Part shown: one piece after another, positions 1 to 10,068 of the stretch
Layout: each line of letters opens with the position of its first letter
Numbering within the stretch: the stretch's first letter is position 1
Source of the DNA: Bdellovibrionales bacterium
GTDB lineage: Bacteria > Bdellovibrionota > Bdellovibrionia > Bdellovibrionales > UBA1609
DNA: 64,000 nucleotides
NCBI GenBank assembly: GCA_965203095.1
Contig: OZ241877.1
Coordinates: 480,001 to 544,000, forward strand
Direction of reading: 5' to 3'
The notes under the pieces: model-generated
Told to the model about the DNA's origin: nothing
The model's input: only the letters and a program-made list of their open reading frames with translations
Databases searched by the model: none
Translations under genes and position numbers: made by a program

Positions 1-345
1 TTTCAATTTTATGTGGCGGAAGGCCGTTTGAGTTGCCATTTATATCAGAGAAGTGCTGACGCTTTTTTAGGAGTTCCCTTCAACATTGCCAGCTACTCTT
101 TATTGACTTTAATGTTGGCTCAAGTCTCTCAACTTCAACCGGGTTTTTTTATTTTGAGTTTTGGCGATGTTCATATCTATCACAATCATTTTGAGCCGGT
201 AAAAACCCAGCTTTTGAGAAAGCCTTACCCCTTACCAGTGATGAAAATCCGTCCAGAGGAGAACCTCTTTAATTACAAATATGATAATTTTGAATTGAGC
301 AACTATCAACATCACCCGGCCATTAAAGCCACTGTCGCTGTTTGA
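1..345 (+). CDS. thyA: Thymidylate synthase, C-terminal part (gene starts before the window)
   Basis: Frame open from base 1: FQFYV...[23 protein letters not shown] and GDVHIYHNH, hallmark ThyA motifs. Confidence 0.97.
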   Translation, partial: FQFYVAEGRLSCHLYQRSADAFLGVPFNIASYSLLTLMLAQVSQLQPGFFILSFGDVHIYHNHFEPVKTQLLRKPYPLPVMKIRPEENLFNYKYDNFELSNYQHHPAIKATVAV

Positions 346-372
346 GTTTTTCATAGATCTGGGGGAGTAAAA

Positions 373-1827
373 ATGTCTGCTATAGAGTTTGAAAAAGAAA
401 GCCTGTTAAAAATTAAAAATCGTTTGGACTCTATCAGCCCTTCCTTTTGTTTGGCTAAGTGGCTGTTTTTAAAAATCCATCTGATGACGGGGAAAACTCA
501 AAGTTGTTATCATGTCCCTGAGCATTTTGCTGATAAAAACGAAATCCAAAAAAATCCCTCGGCCCTGCACAACACCACTCAAAAAAAGTGGGAGAGAAGG
601 CAGATGATGGCGGGTAAAAAACCCCCTGGCTGTTCCTACTGCTGGCGGATTGAGGAATCCCACCGGAGCTATAGCGACCGGCATTATCAATCCCTTAACC
701 CATGGGCACTCCCTCGTTTTGATGAGATAGTGAAAAAGGGCAGTGAATATGATGTGATCCCCTCTTATGTAGAACTTAATTTGAGCAATGCTTGCAACTT
801 CAAATGCAGTTATTGCTATCCAGAATATTCTTCTTCCATTCACAAGGAATTAAAAAAACATGGCCCTTTTCCCACAAGCCCTCCCCATAATGACCTCATA
901 CATTTAAAACAGATGGGATCCCTACCCCCTTCCTTTTCTGACAAAAAAGAAAGCCCTTATGCCAAAGCTTTTTGGAAATGGTGGCCAGAGCTTTACCCTC
1001 AACTCAAAGTCCTCCGTTTGACGGGTGGAGAGCCATTGATAGATCAAAACAGCTTTAAAATCATGGATTACATTATGGAACAAGCCAATAAAAAGATGGA
1101 GCTGGCTTTTACTACTAATTTATGCCCTCCGGTAAAATTAAGAAATCGATTTAAAACCAGTATGGAAAAAATCATTAAAGAAGAAAAAACAGCCTCAGTG
1201 CGATTGCACATTTCCATAGACAGCTGGGGCCCTCAGGCGGAGTATATTCGTTTTGGATTAAATATTCGTCAATTTGAGGACAATGTGATCTTTTTTTGCA
1301 AAGATTTGAATCTACACATCAGCTTTATTATAACAGTTAACGCTCTATCTATTTTTCATCTTAAAAGTCTTTTTAGGAAAATTTTAGAGTGGCGTCAAAA
1401 ACTTTATCGCCCCTCCGATGATTTAAAGTTGTATGATTGGATGGGTTTGGATTTGCCTTATTTAAGGCATCCTGAATGGATGACTCTATCTGTTTTGCCT
1501 CAGGAGTTGGCCCATCGCCATCTCAAAGCGACTTTTTTATTTATGAAAGACAATCTCTTTGATCCGGTCAAAAAGCCTTATGGTTTTTCTTATTTTCAGC
1601 TCAATAAGATGAGCCGGCTGTTGGATCTGATCCGGAAGTCAGCCTTTACTGGCTTCAAGTTAAAACAGAATCGAATCAATTTTTATAAATTTTTTAACGA
1701 ATATGACGCCCGACGAGGAACTCATTTTTTAAAAACCTTTCCAGAATTAGAGAAGTTTTGGAGGCAGTGTCAAAAACTGGCTGAAGAAAAGCAAAAAGCG
1801 ACTATTTATCCGGTTTGTCCAAATTGA
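373..1827 (+). CDS. Radical SAM protein with N-terminal twitch-like Cys cluster
   Basis: CNFKCSYC (CxxxCxxC), LTGGEP; N-terminal FCLAKW/SCYH/CSYCW Cys motifs. Confidence 0.85.
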   Translation: MSAIEFEKESLLKIKNRLDSISPSFCLAKWLFLKIHLMTGKTQSCYHVPEHFADKNEIQKNPSALHNTTQKKWERRQMMAGKKPPGCSYCWRIEESHRSYSDRHYQSLNPWALPRFDEIVKKGSEYDVIPSYVELNLSNACNFKCSYCYPEYSSSIHKELKKHGPFPTSPPHNDLIHLKQMGSLPPSFSDKKESPYAKAFWKWWPELYPQLKVLRLTGGEPLIDQNSFKIMDYIMEQANKKMELAFTTNLCPPVKLRNRFKTSMEKIIKEEKTASVRLHISIDSWGPQAEYIRFGLNIRQFEDNVIFFCKDLNLHISFIITVNALSIFHLKSLFRKILEWRQKLYRPSDDLKLYDWMGLDLPYLRHPEWMTLSVLPQELAHRHLKATFLFMKDNLFDPVKKPYGFSYFQLNKMSRLLDLIRKSAFTGFKLKQNRINFYKFFNEYDARRGTHFLKTFPELEKFWRQCQKLAEEKQKATIYPVCPN

Positions 1828-2485
1828 TATCTACAGAACTTTTGCTTTTTTCCTTAGAAGAGGGTTGCCTTTGTCTTCTTTTAAGGGCTTGTTCCTCCTG
1901 CAAGGCTTTTTTATGGGCAATTAAAACCTGTCCGGCACTTGTTGATGGGGAAGAAGTCTTCCCCCTCCCCATATCTAAGAGGAGATAACTTTGTAATTCT
2001 CCAGAAATTTTTAATTTGGCCTGTTTAATATTTTCTAAAATGGCTCGGCTCTCCTGATTGTTTATGGATTTGAGATAAGATATGGCATTTTCCATAAGAT
2101 AAAGGAGGCTGGCCTGCTGAGCTATTGATTCTTTTTCGGATGGGAACTTAACTATGGCGGACTGGACCTCTTCTTGCAAAACGCTCATAAAAGATCTGTA
2201 TTTGACAATTTCATTTTGAAGAAGAGCCATTAGATTGGCTTGAACAGAATCCCTATTGGGTCGCATAAGCAAGACTCTCAACCCTTGCCTCAGCTCCAAA
2301 ACGGCTAAAGATTCCCCCATATCCTTATCTTCAGAAAGATGGTTTCGGGATTTCTCAATGAACTGTTTGAGGATGTCCCTCATATCTTCATAGTCTTTAG
2401 TTTTCAAGATTTTGGAATTATAGGGGTTGGTGGCCGTCGCCCACAGCGGGCATTGAAGGCAAAAAAACAGGAGGATCTTTAACAT
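1802..2485 (-). CDS. Hypothetical secreted protein
   Basis: 227-aa ORF with signal-peptide-like N-terminus. Confidence 0.7.
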   Translation of the reverse strand: MLKILLFFCLQCPLWATATNPYNSKILKTKDYEDMRDILKQFIEKSRNHLSEDKDMGESLAVLELRQGLRVLLMRPNRDSVQANLMALLQNEIVKYRSFMSVLQEEVQSAIVKFPSEKESIAQQASLLYLMENAISYLKSINNQESRAILENIKQAKLKISGELQSYLLLDMGRGKTSSPSTSAGQVLIAHKKALQEEQALKRRQRQPSSKEKSKSSVDINLDKPDK

Positions 2486-2594
2486 GGCTGAATTTTAAAC
2501 CCATCCCATTTAAAAATAAAGAAAAAAATTTGCCCTGCTTAAAAAATTGTTATATCCTGCTAAAGGTTTATTCAAAACACTATGGAGGTTAAGC

Positions 2595-3362
2595 ATGAAA
2601 AACATTCAAATTGTGGCTTTAGTCTTGGGGACGGGCCTTGTGACTTTTATCTTGTCGGTTGTTTTTTCAATAAATATGGTTTCCATCAGCCCGAAAAATT
2701 TAGCTAAAGTGATAAAAGAGGATCCAGAGACTTTTATTGAAGCCATTAAGTCCGCAGGGGAAGAGCACCGGAAACAATCTGAGGAAAAGGCTATGGAGGA
2801 TCAGTTTAAAAATCCCAAAGACATACCAACCAAAGGCCGGGTGGTTTTTGGAGATCCCTCTGCTGAAGTGACCATCGTGGAGTATTCTGATTTCCAATGC
2901 CCTTATTGCCAAAGGGCGGCCCACAGCATGAAGGCTCTGATAACAAAATATGAGGGAAAGGTGAAACTCGTTTATAAACACTTCCCCTTAAGTTTTCACC
3001 CTTTTGCTCAGCCCGCAGCGGAGTATTTTGAGGCCATAGCCCTTATCAGCCACGACAAAGCTCGCCAGTTTCACGACAGCATTTTTGAGGATTTCTCCGA
3101 TTATGCCAAACTGCAAGAGGAAAAAGAGATCAAAAAAAGCCTAAAGGAATTGGTGAAAAAAGTAGGTGCAGATATGAAAACAGTGCAAGACAATATGGAA
3201 AAAGCACAAAAGCTTGTTGCAGAGGATATGGAGGAAGCTAAGAAGTTTAATGTCCGAGGAACTCCCAGTTTTTTTGTTAATGGGGTGAATGCAAGGGGCC
3301 GTATAGAAATGGTGGTTGAAAAATTTTTAGAAAAAAACGGAAAAGATAAAGAAGAGGAATAA
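2595..3362 (+). CDS. DsbA-family thioredoxin-fold oxidoreductase
   Basis: EYSDFQCPYC and GTPSFFVNG motifs, N-terminal TM anchor; ATG at 2595 follows GGAGG. Confidence 0.92.
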   Translation: MKNIQIVALVLGTGLVTFILSVVFSINMVSISPKNLAKVIKEDPETFIEAIKSAGEEHRKQSEEKAMEDQFKNPKDIPTKGRVVFGDPSAEVTIVEYSDFQCPYCQRAAHSMKALITKYEGKVKLVYKHFPLSFHPFAQPAAEYFEAIALISHDKARQFHDSIFEDFSDYAKLQEEKEIKKSLKELVKKVGADMKTVQDNMEKAQKLVAEDMEEAKKFNVRGTPSFFVNGVNARGRIEMVVEKFLEKNGKDKEEE

Positions 3363-3379
3363 AAAAACCTAAGGGGCCG

Positions 3380-4387
3380 GTGGCTTTCCGGCCCTTTTTT
3401 GATCTTATGATTTCTCTTGTCCCTAATGGCTGGCAGGCCGAACTTTTGCTTTGGTTTGAGAAAAACAAAAGAGATCTCCCCTGGAGGCAGGCAAAAGATC
3501 CCTACAAGATCTGGATCTCTGAAGTTTTACTCCAGCAGACCACATCTCAAGCTGTTATTCCTTATTATAGGGCTTTTTTAAAAAAATTCCCCAATATTTC
3601 GGCTTTGGCAAAGGCGAGCTGTGAAGAGGTTTTCTCCCTATGGGCAGGAATAGGTTATTACAAAAGGGCGGAAAACCTATTGCTTGCGGGAAAAAAGCTC
3701 AAAAAAAGGGGCCGGTTCCCCCGCAATCACAAAGAACTATTGAATTTGCCGGGCTTTGGGCCTTATATTTCTCGTGCGGTCAGCTCTTTGGCTTTTGGAG
3801 AACCAGTGGGGGTTTTAGATGGCAATGTGATTCGGTTTTTGTCCCGCTTTTACGCTCTACCCTTAAAATGGTGGAAGGCTGAGGACAGAGCTTTTTTGCA
3901 AAAACTCAGTGACAGTTGGGTCAAAAATCAAAAGGCGAGGGATATGAATCAAGCTCTTATGGAAATAGGTTCTCTTGTTTGCCGGAGCCGCCAACCCCTT
4001 TGCCTTTTGTGCCCATTGGCTAAAAATTGCCAAGCCCTTAAAAAAGGTTTGGTAACGGTGCTCCCTTTAAAAAAAGCCAAAAAGCCTGTTGAGTTTTGGC
4101 TTTGGCGACCGGAAAAAATCCGGCGGGGCCACCGGTGGGCATTTATCAAAAATAATCATCTGCCCTTTCTCAAAGGGAAATGGCTGTTTCCGGGATCTGC
4201 AAGACAGCTCTCTGGCAAAGCTAAAAATTGGAGTTTTAAACACAGCATCACACATCATCAGATCTTTGTGCGTCCCTCTTTAATGCCTTTCCAAAAGAGG
4301 GAGGCTAAGCAGTTCCACTGGCTCACAAGGGAGGAAGTGAATTATCTCAACCCCTCCTCTTTAATAAAAAAGGTTTTTGAAAAATGA
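3380..4387 (+). CDS. mutY: A/G-specific adenine glycosylase
   Basis: RDLPWR, WISEVLLQQT, HhH LPGFGPY, LDGNVIR, CxxxxxxCxxCxxxxxC Fe-S motif; start may be slightly downstream. Confidence 0.93.
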   Translation: MAFRPFFDLMISLVPNGWQAELLLWFEKNKRDLPWRQAKDPYKIWISEVLLQQTTSQAVIPYYRAFLKKFPNISALAKASCEEVFSLWAGIGYYKRAENLLLAGKKLKKRGRFPRNHKELLNLPGFGPYISRAVSSLAFGEPVGVLDGNVIRFLSRFYALPLKWWKAEDRAFLQKLSDSWVKNQKARDMNQALMEIGSLVCRSRQPLCLLCPLAKNCQALKKGLVTVLPLKKAKKPVEFWLWRPEKIRRGHRWAFIKNNHLPFLKGKWLFPGSARQLSGKAKNWSFKHSITHHQIFVRPSLMPFQKREAKQFHWLTREEVNYLNPSSLIKKVFEK

Positions 4388-5535
4388 GCTTTGTTTTTAA
4401 AGCTGTGGGCCGGCCCGCAAATATCCCTTACAAGCAGTGGAATGACTGGAAATGGCAATTAAGGCATGTCAAAAAAGCCTTTACTCAATCTCAACTTTTC
4501 ATGGCGGGAGCCTCCCCTTATTATCTCCGGTTGATAGAGCAAAACCCTATTTTAAAACCTATTGTTCAGCCCACAAATAGGGAAAAGGCTCCGGCCCTTC
4601 AACAAATGGAAGATCCTTTAGGGGAGGAGAAGCATTCCCCCCTTCCCCGGTTGATTCACAGATACCCGGATCGGGTTTTGCTTCTCACAACTGATCAATG
4701 TGCAGTGTATTGCCGATATTGCACCCGCAAGCGGTTTACGGGAAAGCAGAAATCTTTTATTCCTCTGCAAGAGAGGGAAAAGGCCCTCTCTTATATTAAG
4801 AGGAACAAAGGCATACGGGAGGTGATTCTCTCTGGAGGCGATCCGCTCAGCCTTTCTGACAAGCTTTTGGACCAGCTTTTACAAAGTTTAAGGGCTATCC
4901 GGCATATTGAAATCCTCCGGATAGCCTCCCGGATGCCAGTGGCTTGCCCTATGAGGCTGACCAATTCCCTCATAAAAGTTTTAAAAAAATATCAGCCCGT
5001 TTTCCTGATGAGCCATTTCAATCACCCTTTAGAATTGAGTTTTGAGGCCAAAACAGCCCTTACTCGGATGGTGGATTCGGGCATATTGATATTCAATCAG
5101 ACTGTTTTGCTGAACAAAATCAACAATCACCCGGCCATTATTCAGGCCCTTATGCGGAGGCTGATTTATCTGAGAGTCAAACCTTATTATATGTTCCAGT
5201 GCGATCCCTCTGAGGGCAGTGATGGTTTTCGGACCAGCATTTCCAATTCTCTAAAAATCCAAAAAGAGCTTTGGGGAAGGTTTTCTGGCCTGGCTTTGCC
5301 CCCTCTGTCTGTGGACATTCCTGGAGGGGGCGGAAAGGTGGGTCTCACTCCTGACTTTATCAGCCAAAAAGGGGATAAGGAATGGCGATTTAAAGGTTGG
5401 GACGGTTTGGAATCGGCTTATATCAACCCCCCCATGGGGGATTTTGAAGATAATTTTAAACAGCCCGCTTTGAAAGCCTATAAAAAAGAATGGGAAATTA
5501 TAAAAAACCAAAGTTATGGGGCAAAAAAGCTCTGA
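4384..5535 (+). CDS. KamA-family radical SAM protein (lysine 2,3-aminomutase-like)
   Basis: WNDWKWQL, HRYPDRVLL, CAVYCRYCTRK, LSGGDPL, PGGGGK. Confidence 0.92.
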   Translation: MSFVFKAVGRPANIPYKQWNDWKWQLRHVKKAFTQSQLFMAGASPYYLRLIEQNPILKPIVQPTNREKAPALQQMEDPLGEEKHSPLPRLIHRYPDRVLLLTTDQCAVYCRYCTRKRFTGKQKSFIPLQEREKALSYIKRNKGIREVILSGGDPLSLSDKLLDQLLQSLRAIRHIEILRIASRMPVACPMRLTNSLIKVLKKYQPVFLMSHFNHPLELSFEAKTALTRMVDSGILIFNQTVLLNKINNHPAIIQALMRRLIYLRVKPYYMFQCDPSEGSDGFRTSISNSLKIQKELWGRFSGLALPPLSVDIPGGGGKVGLTPDFISQKGDKEWRFKGWDGLESAYINPPMGDFEDNFKQPALKAYKKEWEIIKNQSYGAKKL

Positions 5536-5686
5536 AAGCTTAATTTTTAAGGCTTTTGGCCAAGGTCTGATTTTTTTGACATAAAATTTTTAAAAAAACT
5601 TGACCTTATTTTTGACTATGATTAGAAAAAAAGCATTAGTAGGCTCAAGTGGCCTGTTTTTTTAACCTATTTAATAAGGAGAAAAT

Positions 5687-6292
5687 ATGAAACAACTTTT
5701 ATTTTTTATAAGTGCTTTGGCCTTTATGGCTTGTAGCAGTTTTAAAGTGGCGAATCATTATGAGGAAAAAATAAAGGCCGGGGAAACTGTGATTGAGCCT
5801 AACGCTTGTGGGGTTTTTAGTAGTGGAATTTTTGGCGATTTTCCCTTAAAAATTACTAAAGAGGATGGTTCTGCCCTGTCCGACAGTGCTGAAGTGGATG
5901 AGGAATATTCAGCAACTCATTATATTGTGCAAGCGGATGGTTCTGTAAGTCAGGAAGAAGAAGAGCCTAAATGTTCAGCAGGAGAAGAGGATAGCGAGAA
6001 GGATGAAGGTAGTAAAAAAAATACTGAAACAACTAAAACGGAGGAAAAACCAAAAAAAGATCCTGCCACAGTTGCGGCTGAGGCAGTAATGGACAAATGT
6101 AAAAAAAGTGGTGGAACTCCTTTAACTTATTCTGTGGGTAGTGGTTATTATGGGTGTGAATGCCCTAAAGGCAAAACCAAATCTCCAACAGATATGGATA
6201 TGTGTGTTTTTCTCCCCGCCACCACAGCTAGAGGTTCAAGTTCTGGTGCACTGGATATGGGTGGTGGTGGAACAGCCCCTGCAACTCAGTGA
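5687..6292 (+). CDS. Hypothetical lipoprotein (paralog of 6431..6961)
   Basis: Lipobox-like FMAC, RBS AAGGAG, Cys-rich C-terminus. Confidence 0.8.
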   Translation: MKQLLFFISALAFMACSSFKVANHYEEKIKAGETVIEPNACGVFSSGIFGDFPLKITKEDGSALSDSAEVDEEYSATHYIVQADGSVSQEEEEPKCSAGEEDSEKDEGSKKNTETTKTEEKPKKDPATVAAEAVMDKCKKSGGTPLTYSVGSGYYGCECPKGKTKSPTDMDMCVFLPATTARGSSSGALDMGGGGTAPATQ

Positions 6293-6430
6293 GAACTGGG
6301 CTTTGTTGGGTAGTCAAAGGGCTAATTTTTTCAGCTTTTTGATTTTTTTTGGCAAAAAGCTTGTTGACTTTTTTATAAGAGTCCGTTTAAACAAGGGAAA
6401 TAAGTTTAATATTTAACCTAAACCAAGGAG

Positions 6431-6961
6431 ATGAATATGAAAAAGCTTTTATTTTTTATAAGTGCTTTGGCCTTTATGGGTTGTAGCACTTATACGGTAA
6501 AAACTGAAGTGCCTGCCAAAGTGGCTGGTGAGGAAATGCAAGCCGGTGAATGTAAAGAGTTTAGTGATGACCTGTTCGGGATTTTTGGTGATTTCCCCAT
6601 TACAATCACTGATTCAGATGGTGAAAAAATAGGCGATGAAGAATCCTATCCAGCCAATCACTACATTGTAAAAGCCGGTGCGGTGGAAACTTCAGATACA
6701 GCCTGTGTTCCTCAGGAGGATGATAGTCCTAAGGATGAAGATGGAGATGATGGAGTTGCAAAAACAGAAAAAGAAAAATCACCAGAAGCCAAGTGTAAGG
6801 ATACTGGTGGTGAATGGAAACAAGTAGCGGGCAATCCCCATCCTGTGTGTGTATGCCCTGCTGGCAAAAAGTTGGCAAATGAAGAGTGTGGGAATTTTGG
6901 TCGCTTTGCTCCAGCTCCTGCCACAACCACTCCAACTCCTGCTGGAGGTTCTGGAGGTTAG
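6431..6961 (+). CDS. Hypothetical lipoprotein (paralog of 5687..6292)
   Basis: Lipobox-like FMGC; shares LLFFISALAFM, GIFGDFP and HYIV with the upstream gene. Confidence 0.8.
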   Translation: MNMKKLLFFISALAFMGCSTYTVKTEVPAKVAGEEMQAGECKEFSDDLFGIFGDFPITITDSDGEKIGDEESYPANHYIVKAGAVETSDTACVPQEDDSPKDEDGDDGVAKTEKEKSPEAKCKDTGGEWKQVAGNPHPVCVCPAGKKLANEECGNFGRFAPAPATTTPTPAGGSGG

Positions 6962-6983
6962 GTAATTGTTTTGTTTTTTGGAC

Positions 6984-7016
6984 AAAAGGCTGTTTCTCAG
7001 AGGAACAGCCTTTTTT
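6984..7016. terminator. Rho-independent terminator, probably bidirectional
   Basis: AAAAGGCTGTTTCTCAGAGGAACAGCCTTTTTT hairpin with flanking A/T tracts between convergent genes. Confidence 0.8.
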
Positions 7017-7055
7017 GTATGGATTCCTGCTTTTACAAGGTCAGGGACTTTTTAA

Positions 7056-7634
7056 TTAAATATATAAATTGATTTTTAGGCCCGAATTAAAATGAATATT
7101 GTATTTGCTATAAATTAAATCTTGCCCATTCATTGCCGGAGGATTTTTTAATTTATACCAAGAATAAAGCCCCACAAAAGGCGAAAAACTGATATAGCGG
7201 TTAAGCGACAGGCCCAGGCTAAACCTCAGCCAAGCCCCCGCTAAATGAGAGGGAACAAGGCCCAAAGTGATTGAAGGCACAATACTGGATCGGGAATGAT
7301 TTCTGCTTAAGTTCCAAGTAAAAAAAGGAGAGATGAAGTTTTGTCCTGTGTGTTGAATTTTGGCCCCTATTTCATAATTTCCAAAATTACGGGACACTTC
7401 TAAACTGTGAAAAAAATCGTTCATCTGCCCTTCAGGATGAAGAAGGGGTCTTTGTTGTTGAGGAATGCTGGAGTGGATGTCTTTTTTAGCTTTAGAAAAG
7501 CTATAACCATTAGCTAAAGATAGAGACCATTTCCTTTTAGCCACCCGCCTCTTTCTGGCAGAAGAATCCACAGGGATTAAAAAACATAAAATAAGAAAAG
7601 TGGAAAAAAGAATTTTCATTATGTTAGCTTTCAC
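7056..7634 (-). CDS. Hypothetical outer-membrane beta-barrel-like protein
   Basis: Signal peptide, alternating beta-strand pattern, aromatic residue near the C-terminus. Confidence 0.6.
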   Translation of the reverse strand: MKANIMKILFSTFLILCFLIPVDSSARKRRVAKRKWSLSLANGYSFSKAKKDIHSSIPQQQRPLLHPEGQMNDFFHSLEVSRNFGNYEIGAKIQHTGQNFISPFFTWNLSRNHSRSSIVPSITLGLVPSHLAGAWLRFSLGLSLNRYISFSPFVGLYSWYKLKNPPAMNGQDLIYSKYNIHFNSGLKINLYI

Positions 7635-7729
7635 TTTATGTCCAAGAGCTTTTCTTTGTCTATTTCTTTCCCGATTTCCACTCCGATCTTAAAATTTTAT
7701 AGGCTTTGGTTTGGTTTTTTGCAAAAAAA

Positions 7730-7996
7730 TTAAGGGGAAAGGGATGAAACTTTAGAAGCCCATCGGGACTTTTTCCGCCGGCCGGTATTTTTTTTGATAA
7801 TGCCCTTGTTTTTTGCCCGGTCAGAAAGCTTAAAAAGCTTTTTCAAACCCTCTTCTAAAGCTTTTGCATTTTTGTCCTTTAAGTCTTTTTTCAACTGCTT
7901 TTCACAATTTTTTAAAGTTCTCAAAACTCTTTTATTTCTCTGTGCTCTTTTTTTAGATGATCGCACTCGTTTTTCAGCAGATTTATGATGAGCCAA
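7730..7996 (-). CDS. rpsT: 30S ribosomal protein S20
   Basis: MAHHKSAEKR...KGIIKKNTGRRKKSR; TTG start after AAGGAG. Confidence 0.95.
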   Translation of the reverse strand: MAHHKSAEKRVRSSKKRAQRNKRVLRTLKNCEKQLKKDLKDKNAKALEEGLKKLFKLSDRAKNKGIIKKNTGRRKKSRWASKVSSLSP

Positions 7997-8099
7997 AACA
8001 AACTCCTTATATTATTGGGCAAAAACCCCAGCCCCCTTGAGGGAAAAAGCTCAGGACAGACTCAATATTACACATTTTTTAAAAAAGTCCAAACAATTT

Positions 8100-8996
8100 T
8101 TAAAAAAAATGTCGCCTTTGGGATCGAGTTTGGAAGAACCGGATCAAAGGCTGATAAATATCTTTTTGGCAATCTATAAAAATGGACTCCGAACGGCAGG
8201 AGACCAACTGCCGGTCCCTCTCTTTTATTTTTTTTGCCATAGAGTTTTTGAGCTGTCTTTGAGAAATAGGAGAAGAAAAATCTACAACCATTCTCTCCCC
8301 TGTCTCCATATCATGAACATCCACTAAGCCCAATGGGGGGATTTCTCTTTCTAAAGAGTCGGATAAAAGAAAGGGGATCACATCATGTTTTCTCGCAAGC
8401 CTTTGGATGGCTTTTTCAAAAGGGGAGCGAGTTAAAAAATCACTAAAGATAAAAATATGGCTTTTTTTCCTCAAGACCTTCTGTAAAAAGGAAAAGCTTT
8501 TTTCCATATCGGTTTGATTACTTTGCCTTTTAAAACAAGAAATATCCCGAATCACGCGAAAACAATGCCTCATCCCTTTTTGTGGTGGCACATAAAGCTC
8601 CACATCAGAGGAGAAGAGAAGTAGTCCTAAAAAATCTTTGTTTTTTTGGGCGGAAAAAGCTATTACAGCACAAAGCAGGCTTAAAGCATCTCTTTTAGCC
8701 CCTTCTCCACAACCAAAATCCATGGAGGCACTGATATCCACAGCTAAGATGATTTGAGCCGTCCGCTCCTCCTCAAAAGTTTTTACATAGGGTTTAGACA
8801 TTTTGGCTGTGAGATTCCATGCAATGGATCGAATGTCGTCTCCAGGGACATACTCTCTGACATCCGAAAAAATAATCCCCTGGCCTTTAAAAGCCGAGCG
8901 GTAGTTTCCGGAAAATAAGGAATGTGTTTTTCGCCTCAGGCGAAGGTCGATTTGCTGGACTCTTTTTAAAGTATACTTATCCAAATCAAACCTCAA
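8100..8996 (-). CDS. DUF58 / vWA-domain protein (MoxR partner)
   Basis: FKGQGIIFSDVREYVPGDDIRSIAWN, VDISASM, IFSDF. Confidence 0.92.
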   Translation of the reverse strand: MRFDLDKYTLKRVQQIDLRLRRKTHSLFSGNYRSAFKGQGIIFSDVREYVPGDDIRSIAWNLTAKMSKPYVKTFEEERTAQIILAVDISASMDFGCGEGAKRDALSLLCAVIAFSAQKNKDFLGLLLFSSDVELYVPPQKGMRHCFRVIRDISCFKRQSNQTDMEKSFSFLQKVLRKKSHIFIFSDFLTRSPFEKAIQRLARKHDVIPFLLSDSLEREIPPLGLVDVHDMETGERMVVDFSSPISQRQLKNSMAKKIKERDRQLVSCRSESIFIDCQKDIYQPLIRFFQTRSQRRHFF

Positions 8997-9966
8997 GCTC
9001 TTTTAGAATTTTGTTTAAGACCTGTTCTTCTTTAACATTTTCTGCCTGTGCTTCGTAAGATAAAATCAGGCGATGCCTTAAAATGGGCAAGGCCAGCCTT
9101 TTCACATCGTCTAAGGACACAAAGTGTCTCCCCTCTAAAAAGGCCAAAGCCTTAACCGCTTTGGGAAAACCCACTGTGGCCCTGGGAGAGGCCCCCACCT
9201 CTATCCAGCCTTCTATTTCCGGAAAACCATAATGCTTGGGATTTCTTGTGGATTGGATCAGATCCACAATGTATTTTTTAATTTGATCGTCCATGTGAAT
9301 TTTTTGAATGGCTTTTTGCATTTCAATAACCTTTTCTCTGTTTAAAATAGGGGAGATCTCTTTTTTTTCCTCTTTCAAGCTGAGGTTGAGAATAGCCATC
9401 TCCTCTCCCTCCGATGGATAGTCCACTTTAATTTTAAAGAGAAAGCGATCCCTTTGAGCCTCTGGCAAATTGTAAGTTCCCTCTTGCTCTATGGGGTTTT
9501 GAGTGGCCAAAACCAAAAAAGGAGAGGGCAGGCTATAGCTTTTGTCGCCCAGGCTGACTTGCTTTTCCTCCATAGCTTCTAAAAGGGCACTCTGCACTTT
9601 AGCTGGTGCCCTGTTGATTTCATCAGCTAATAAGATGTTGGTAAAAACAGGCCCTTTTTTTGGAGTAAATTCTTGAGCTGAGGGATGAAAGATCATAGTG
9701 CCAATAATATCTGAAGGGAGCAGATCAGGGGTGAATTGGATCCTTTGAAACTTCAGATCCACAGCTTGAGCTGTAGTGGACACGGATAGGCTTTTGGCCA
9801 ACCCCGGCAAACCTTCAATTAAAATATGACCCCCAGTCAAAAGGCCAATCAAAAGGCTCTGGATCATATCCTCCTGCCCAACAATGTTTTTTTTGATCTC
9901 TTTGATCAGTTGGCGGATCTCCTGACTGTTGGAGGCGGGGTTTTTGTCCGGACGAGTTTCATTCAT
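8986..9966 (-). CDS. MoxR-family AAA+ ATPase
   Basis: GLPGLAKS, RIQFTPDLLPSD, ADEINRA, TQNPIEQEGTY. Confidence 0.95.
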   Translation of the reverse strand: MNETRPDKNPASNSQEIRQLIKEIKKNIVGQEDMIQSLLIGLLTGGHILIEGLPGLAKSLSVSTTAQAVDLKFQRIQFTPDLLPSDIIGTMIFHPSAQEFTPKKGPVFTNILLADEINRAPAKVQSALLEAMEEKQVSLGDKSYSLPSPFLVLATQNPIEQEGTYNLPEAQRDRFLFKIKVDYPSEGEEMAILNLSLKEEKKEISPILNREKVIEMQKAIQKIHMDDQIKKYIVDLIQSTRNPKHYGFPEIEGWIEVGASPRATVGFPKAVKALAFLEGRHFVSLDDVKRLALPILRHRLILSYEAQAENVKEEQVLNKILKELEV

Positions 9967-10068
9967 TATGCTTTACTCCCATTCATTTTTTGTTTTCTAT
10001 ACTTGATTTTCAAGTTTTTGTCCAATAAAAATGACCCTAACTTAATCCATAAAAATAAAGGCTCAAAA

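Noticed and set aside
373..1827. Radical SAM as part of a RiPP or base-modification cluster with thyA
   Set aside because: No precursor peptide, transporter or other tailoring gene nearby in the window.
9826..10068. N-terminal extension of the 353-aa ORF
   Set aside because: Overlaps moxR on the opposite strand; ATG at 10069 is more plausible.
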